In this document: piece by piece, positions 26,301 through 33,156 of the stretch
Position numbering within the stretch: position 1 is the stretch's first letter
How the letters are laid out: each line of letters starts with the position of its first letter
Source of the DNA: Collodictyon triciliatum
Taxonomy: Eukaryota
Reading direction: 5' to 3'
DNA length: 33,156 nucleotides
Assembly (NCBI GenBank): GCA_043381765.1
Contig: JBHJMP010000902.1
Span: forward strand, 1 to 33,156
Notes under the pieces: model-generated
Told to the model about the DNA's origin: nothing
Seen by the model: the letters and a program-made list of their open reading frames with translations, nothing else
The model's database searches: none
Made by a program: the position numbers and the translations under genes

Positions 26301-26842
26301 TGACCAACGTTTTGATTCCCTTGACACCGCTTCGTTCTATTCTTCAGGATATTTCATTCTTTAGACGCGAGCAGTTTGTTGTGTCAGAAAAGCTGGCAGA
26401 AATCAATCCTTTGTCCTTCAACCAAGCCATCACCTCTCGTTACTTTGTTCCGTACCAACCACCGATTTCTCAGGTTCAGATGATTCATCTCATCCCATAT
26501 TCTCTAGTTCTGCATTCTTATTTCCCTTGCCGTAATAAATATTTAGGAGGACTCGCCCTTGGATAAATCCCGCAAGGTTGATGAATACATCGAACAAGTG
26601 GACCGCCGTCTCATGGTATATACCTTCTTGACAATTGAAAAATAGAAAAGAAGAAAAAAAAGTACGTTGCATCCTCCAAATACTTCTACTTATTGCTGTC
26701 CACTGGTTTATATTTATTATTTTCCTGTCGAATCTAGGGAGACGTGCTTTGGAACCCTGCTTATTTGGGTGAAAATCAAGAAAATGGAAAAGCTGGCTCG
26801 TCTAACAGGCCGAGCAAACGTGTCTCGCTTATCGGGAAATGA
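23371..26842 (+). CDS. OSCA/TMEM63 (CSC1-like) multi-pass ion channel
   Basis: Motifs GIGIALFFNFVK, SASDYSFQMTGLP, PEPQDILWENLG, ERHYSLT, PPFDLAEAYA and RYMILRV..PPPY, plus many hydrophobic helices in 25323-26470. Two short terminal exons end at TGA 26840-26842. Confidence 0.75.
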
Positions 26843-27519
26843 TGCGCTGTTCCCTTCGAATCTTCCCCTTCCTTATTCACACTTTACCTTCTCATACTAT
26901 TACAAACCACCCAGCCAAAAATTCCTCTCATTATCTGTCGCCATCATTTCTCATTTTTCCGTTGTTGTCATCTGACGAGGCACGTGCAACCCTTAGATGC
27001 CCTTTGATATTTCCTTGAGAGAGTGGAGCCCTGAAAGATGGGCTCACCATTCTCATATACCCTGACTATGAAGCAAAGAAGAAATAAATAAACGCACTGG
27101 CGGGTGAACCAAGTGTTTTACTGTTTTTTCAAATGAACTCACGCCTGGTGATGGAAACCAGCCTGATTCTAGCTGGGTACTGCTAATTGAAGTTGGCGGT
27201 GCAGATTTTTGAAAAAGAAAAAAAAAAGGAAGAGAAGGTGGAATGAATGTTAGAATTCATCACAAACAACAACAAATCCATCATATGCACCATGTTTGTT
27301 CGTGCGTTCCGTTTGTTGAATCTCTGGCCTTTCTCTTTCTTTCACTTTCAACACAAACTCCCGAGCGAAAAAGTTAGCCAGTCTCGATTTTGATTTTGTT
27401 GTGAGGACTGTTGCTTTTTTTTTTTTTCTGAAAAAAGTGACCAAATAAAACGTTATGAGCGGGTTCCTGTCGTACTTTGCATCAGCGTCATGGTCGCTTT
27501 AAACTGTTCTAGGATGTTT

Positions 27520-30500
27520 TTAATGTTGGTTGGATTTATTGAACGAAACTTTTAAAATTTTTCGGCCAATCTGATAGCCATTCATCCCACGAATTGCCCT
27601 CTGTGCATCTTCGATTCTATAGTACCTCACAAATCTGGGTGTAATTAATCCATTTGAATAACCATTCCCACGAAAAAGAGTGATAGGAGATATTGCTTAG
27701 GGCATAATAAGTAAGAATCAAACCCGTATCCGCGGCTGTCTCCCGTGACATGGTCCTTCACAACCTTTTTTATTTTTATTATTTTACGATTACAATAAAC
27801 AAAAGGAATATGAAACAATTGGATTGGATTCGCTGCATTATTGTATTCTTTGCTGATTTTTATGCAGCATAAATATTCCAATGCCGATTTTTTTAACATT
27901 ATGGTAAAAGAATTAAACAAATGTAAAACGATTCAAAAAGAAAGAAAAGAAAAAGAATTAACCTTGACACTGTCGATTTGCCCAAAAGGCAGAAAAAGCT
28001 CTGCAAGCTTCGTCTCTGTCATCTCAGGCGGCAGATGGAAGATAAAAAGGTTTGTATTTTCAACCGTCGGCCGCTATACAGCACATAATCAGGATTGAAC
28101 CAAAATCCTCCTCTTGAAAAAAGAAAAAGAGAAAGAAAAAGAAAAAGAGAAAGAGAAAGAGAAAGAGAAAGAGAAAGAGAAAGAGAAAGAGAAAGAGAAA
28201 GAGAAAGAGAAAGAGAAAGAGAAAGAGAAAGAGAAAGAGAAAGATATAAGAGAAGTAAAAGAAAAAAAGAAGGAAAATATCCCCATCGCAGCTGGGTAAT
28301 ACCTCTTGTATTCCGCCCAATCCCAGCGGCGGAGGAAAAGTATATGGACCTTGACCCCCTGAGAGCGTAAATGGAATATGTGGGTAGTATCCCATCGGGG
28401 GTGAATGTGGCGAGGCTGGGTATAATGAAGGAGAATGAGGAACATTCATAACAACTTCCGGGCTGACTGGCGGAATCCCAACAAAGGGAGGAGTCAGAGG
28501 CATCATATACGGGAGATTGTACCCTGTAGGGTGATACTCTGTGTGTAATAAGGCATTAGGGGTGTGATTATGTCCTTGGGAATATCGCCCGCGCAGTGAT
28601 GCATCCTTGTTTCTAGGTTGTGGGCGGTGAAAAAAACTATCTTTCTCTTCGCGATAGCCGTGACCAAAGTGATGAGGAGCATGGGATGACTTTGAAGTAC
28701 GATAGTGCTCACGAGTGGTAAAAGACCCACCAGGCCCGCTCTGATTACGATGTGCGTAATTTGCGGGGAAATAGCTATGGGATTGAGTAAAGGGACTCAT
28801 ATGTAGCCTTGGGGATGTTGAATTGCTCTTTTCATTTCGACTGGTTGGTGACATTGAATAGTTACGCGCGGCTCTCCCACCATCCCAAGCCGGAGCTGCT
28901 TTACTGGTGATATAGTGGTCATTTGTATGGATTGAAAGTTTTTGGAGCTGTGCATTAAGTCGCTCTTCTTCAATCTGGTGGAGCCGGGATGGCCGTTCCT
29001 GAGGGTATTTTGGTGTATGAGACGGGCTCACGTGTCCCGTCATATTTGAATAGTTAATTCTATTTCGGCGGTCTAGTTTTTGTTTCTCCGAGTCTGCATA
29101 TTTGACTATTTACATTTATTTTTAAAGTAAATTATTTTAATGACAAAATTTGGAGGACGAGTACATATGAACATAAATTTACAGACTGGATTTCTTCACA
29201 ACTGTGAATTTATTAGAAATAACACAAAAAGAAAACCAGAAACCCATGGTAATTGATACAAAAAATTCTTCCTACACCAAGATAGTATACCTTGTATTGC
29301 AGCCGGTGTGCCAGAAAGAGGTCTGCCATTGATTGCTTCAATCGCCTGGGCGGCCTGTTCCTTGGTGGAAAATCTGTTTTGCGACCACATAATAAGTCTG
29401 TAATAATCTATTATGTATATACCTCTCTCTCCCCCATTGTGCAACATAAAATAACTAAAAATATTTTACTCGTGATTATTTATTCTTTCAAATTGTGCTT
29501 TTTTCAAAAACTAAAATATGGAATCGTAAATAATGACTTGCAAATAAATAAAATTAAAGATGTGAACGCACCTCACAAATCCTATCTGACGACTAAACCC
29601 TGTAAGCGGGTCCACCATGACTCGAACTTCTTCGATGATTCCATACGGAGAAAAGAGAATTTTAAGACCAGATTCCATCATATCTGGAGGCAGGTTCTTG
29701 ACGTAGAGGTTGTTGCTTGGTTCAGGTTGATTGAGATGGGGAGGAATGCTAAGTTTACAAAGAAGGGTCTTATTTCCAACTTGAGTCCGATTCAGCTTTT
29801 CAATGGCTACTTGTGCCTAAAAGAAAGTTTTTAAAAGAAAAATAAAAGTATATCGCCACTTGTATGAGAGAGAATGGGACTGAAGGAGGATATATCTGAA
29901 TACCGTTCATGATAAAAAAAAATCACCCTAATATTGTAGCAAAAACGATGAGAAGAGAACTTCATTATTGATATGATGTAACATTACCTGTTCAGCCGCT
30001 TCGTATCTCACAAAGCCATACCCGAGACTTTGCTTTGAGCGAGGATCGACCATAACTCGACATGACTCTATTTTCCCATATGGCTCAAACATCAAAAGAA
30101 GCTTTGCGTCATCGATATCGGAAGGTAGATACTTGACAAAGATGTTACAAGGGTCGGTGACTATTTCGTGAGAAGAATAAGTTAGCTTTCCAATCCCCAA
30201 GATTATATGTGAGGCTTTCGGAAGACATTACTCAGTTTTTCTTGAACAAAGAATTGCACAAAAAAAAAACCAAATAATAGGGAAACCCCATTTCGTTCCA
30301 ATCTAAATGTATTTGATTCCTCAAACAGATAAATAAAGAAGGAAGAAAGCAAAGATCTCTAGATAGCTTTTAGATCTTTGATGAAATAATGCACCGTTGT
30401 CGTAGTTTTTCCTTCTTTTTGTTATCACCATTATTAATCTAACAATCCCACTCAGCAGACCATTGTGTTACATAAGTGGCAAAGTAGAGTATTCCTTACC

Positions 30501-30539
30501 TTCATTGGGAGGCGCCAAGAATGGGTCGGCCGTGTCCAT
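27520..30539 (-). CDS. Three-RRM RNA-binding protein, ELAV/CELF-like layout (RRM1-RRM2-low-complexity linker-RRM3)
   Basis: RRM1 NIFVKYLP..SLGYGFVRY; RRM2 NLYVKNLP..SRQIGFVRF; Pro/Ser/His linker (ORF 28060-29043); RRM3 NLFIFHLP..SRGYGFVRY..MNGYQIGRKILKVSF. ATG 30539 sits in a short first exon (MDTADPFLAPPNE|GTAAGG). TAA at 27520-27522. Confidence 0.85.
28117..28243. repeat. (AAAGAG)n microsatellite in an intron of the 3-RRM gene
   Basis: Direct inspection. Confidence 0.95.
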
Positions 30540-31453
30540 CGCGTCTCTGTGATGGTGAAACATGTATATCAGGTTGGAACATGTAAAAAAGTATGGCATG
30601 ACCTCTCACAGCGCGGACGTCATTGCAAAGTCAATACTCTGAATATACACGGAAACATATATTCTCGTCAAAGACAAAAAAGAAATCAAATACACACAGC
30701 TGTTTATTCAGAGAGGGAGAGAAAAAGTGAAGTGAACCGTTGCGGCTTTGTCTGGTTGCCTTACAATACATATTTCATTTGTGTGCCGAACCATATTCAA
30801 CTCTGTCAGCAGGTTTTTCTTTTGGGACTGCTGCTTCGTGTTATCCTGGACTTACGTCAACATATCCTCTCTTTGATATTTTCTCTTGGCTTTACGAAAA
30901 GCCGATTGCCTGGCTCCAGACGGAATTGAAAAAGGGGGAAAAGAAAAGAGAAAAGCCATGGCTCGATCTACAAATCGAAGAGGCGGCGATCCTTCGTGGC
31001 ATTTTTATTTTATTTCGACAGAATAGTTTTTTGCGAGAATTTGAAACACATAACACACATAAAGTAAAAAACCCCAAATTAAAAAAATGCCTCGATCAAA
31101 TGTCAAAATCAAAACCGTAAGAATTGGGAAAGGTGGAGATCGTTTCCAGAGGGAAAATAAAAAACAGCAAGGAGAAAGGCTGGTGTTCAAAACGGCACTT
31201 CCACAATAGATCAAAATCCACATTTGGATGACTGTTGCCTCGTCTCAGTTGATGTAAGACTTAAACTTTAGCATAATGTGGAATATATAGTGGGACAATT
31301 TAAATGCTCGTTTAAGGCAGCCAACTCTCAAGCGCGTTGTGTCGTGTCAAAGGAAAAAATTACATGCTGCGCAAGTATTGACAGTTATTTGACTCCCAAG
31401 CTACAGGTTTGTCCAACTGCACCGAATCACTGGGACGGACACAATTTATAATC

Positions 31454-33110
31454 TTATAGACATGCTGGCGGAGAGCAACCCAAGTCTGTGTGTGTTGCTG
31501 TGGCTGTGGATGAATTGGATTCCTGGTCTGCCGGCCTACCATTCCCTGGCGCTTTGTTGTGTACCGACTTCAAAGAATCAGCTGTGTCATTGTGCCCAGG
31601 AGAGCGCTTCTGCAGCGGGACTACATCTTGACCAGCCACTCTCGGATTTGCTTGCGCGCTCCCAATCTGCATCTCACCCTTCGCACGACTGTCCGTCCGA
31701 ATCGTGTTTTCCACAAGATCGTAAAAATCTACAGATTAAAGAGGGGATTAAATATTTGCTTCCGTGCTTTCCCACGCAACTTTTCGGTTGTATACTTCGA
31801 AAACTGATCGTTTAGAAAACAAAAGAGATGGCCACCGTCATCCGCAAAGTCAGCAAAGGCGTCGTCCATCCCATTAAAGGTATCCACAGAAATCTTTTCC
31901 ATCCCAGCAGCCTTTATGTGAGAATGGTGTGAATGTGCTGGAGGTGCTTTTGCGGCTACTGCGTTTGGTTTGAATGAGCTTGAAGCTTGGTGAGGGACGT
32001 TTTGAGTTGCTGCAGGCTTTGATGATATACTGCTTTGGTGCGCACTTGCGGAGTAGCCAGACACGGGCCCAGCTTTCGCTAGATTTATAGTCGTCATCAG
32101 GGCATGACACGCAAGCCAATAAATGATGAACTACTCTATATTGATTGGATATGTTTTCGTGTTTACAAGGCAATGAACCAGCAGATTTGGAGCGAGGGTC
32201 TTCCTGTATGAGTTCAGTAAAATATGAGCGATCCGTATTTGCTCTATACGAAGGTAAACATATGTCTGATGAGATAATATACCTTCTTGTGCAGACCTTG
32301 GATGTGGTCTTTATCGTATATACTATTTCCAAGATGATTTCCGAATAGGCGAAGGGCTCTCTTCAGGGCATCAGATGTGGCTTCCTATCAAACATCGGCA
32401 CCATGAATTTATTAAAAAAAATATTAAAAAATCGCATAGAAAATTCATCCAACATAGATGTAATGATATACTTCACATGAGTTTTAGCTCCGTCAATCTT
32501 TATATGTAAGGAAATCAGAAAGAAAGTACAAAGAAAATACTTTTTTTGCATGCTCCAAGGCAAGATGTTTTGACTTTTGTTCACTTCCACCGTACCCTAC
32601 GTCCTTTGTAGTGTTGCTTTTAATTAGAAAAGTATAATGTGATACACTCCGCTTTTCATTACTATACTTTAGTTGGCTTTGGAAGGTGCTACTGAATTAT
32701 TTACCTCGTGAAACGTACCATCCTTGAGTGTCACACGAACTATCGCGCTTACACCCACAGAAAATCTGCCATTTGGTGACGGGTCAACCTGTAAAATACA
32801 TATGATAATGTGTAAATATCTTTATTATTTGCAAGATTTATCAGTTCCATGGCGCATTTTATTTTATTTTAAAAATTAATAAAGGCAAAATCGCGGTTCG
32901 ATCAACTTACAAAATCCAAGGTTATATCCAAAACTTGTGAGCTCCACCCATTCCATCCAAAAACTTAAGACGCAAAAAGAATATAAAATATTTTACGAAT
33001 TAACGCATCATTAATTCTACAGATTTTCAAAAGGAATGGATGGATACCTTCATTTGCCAACTCGATTGCTTTGAAGGTAGCGATGTATGATACTTTTGCT
33101 GAAGATGACA
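31454..33110 (-). CDS. RAD52: DNA repair and recombination protein RAD52 homologue, 5'-partial
   Basis: Exons give [61 protein letters not shown] and [25 protein letters not shown] (Rad52/Rad22 domain), followed by a disordered C-terminal tail ending at 31454. Confidence 0.93.
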
Positions 33111-33156
33111 AAAAAAAAAAAAAAAAAAAAAAAAAGAAAAAAAAAGGAGACAAAAA

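Noticed and set aside
27177-27211. TGCTAATTGAA plus an Sm-like site resembling U4 snRNA
   Set aside because: No U6 stem II-complementary 5' end or kink-turn is recognisable, and the spacing to the Sm-like site is far too short for U4.
31454-33110. Functional linkage of RAD52 with the PBZ/ART-like gene
   Set aside because: They are about 24 kb apart and separated by unrelated housekeeping genes.

Overview
Compact, intron-rich eukaryotic (protist-like, possibly amoebozoan) genomic DNA in the standard code, with an 828-nt N gap and many intronic microsatellites. Nine spliced genes can be rebuilt by hand from GT-AG junctions: (1) a giant protein of at least 2,199 aa (+, 5'-partial, ends 7656), (2) RBM41-like, (3) aquaglyceroporin, (4) SPX-RING protein with a putative Ig-fold DNA-binding domain, (5) PTEN-like phosphatase, partly in the gap, (6) HSL-family esterase, (7) OSCA/TMEM63-like channel, (8) ELAV/CELF-like 3-RRM protein, (9) RAD52 (5'-partial). 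The strongest novelty candidate is gene 1. It appears to join degenerate RRM-like modules, a catalytically degenerate bacterial-type PARG macrodomain, 15 PBZ-like zinc fingers and a DarT-like ADP-ribosyltransferase fold in one polypeptide. Second is the SPX-RING-(velvet/Rel/STAT-like) fusion. All domain calls come from motif recognition by eye and need HMM or structure confirmation.
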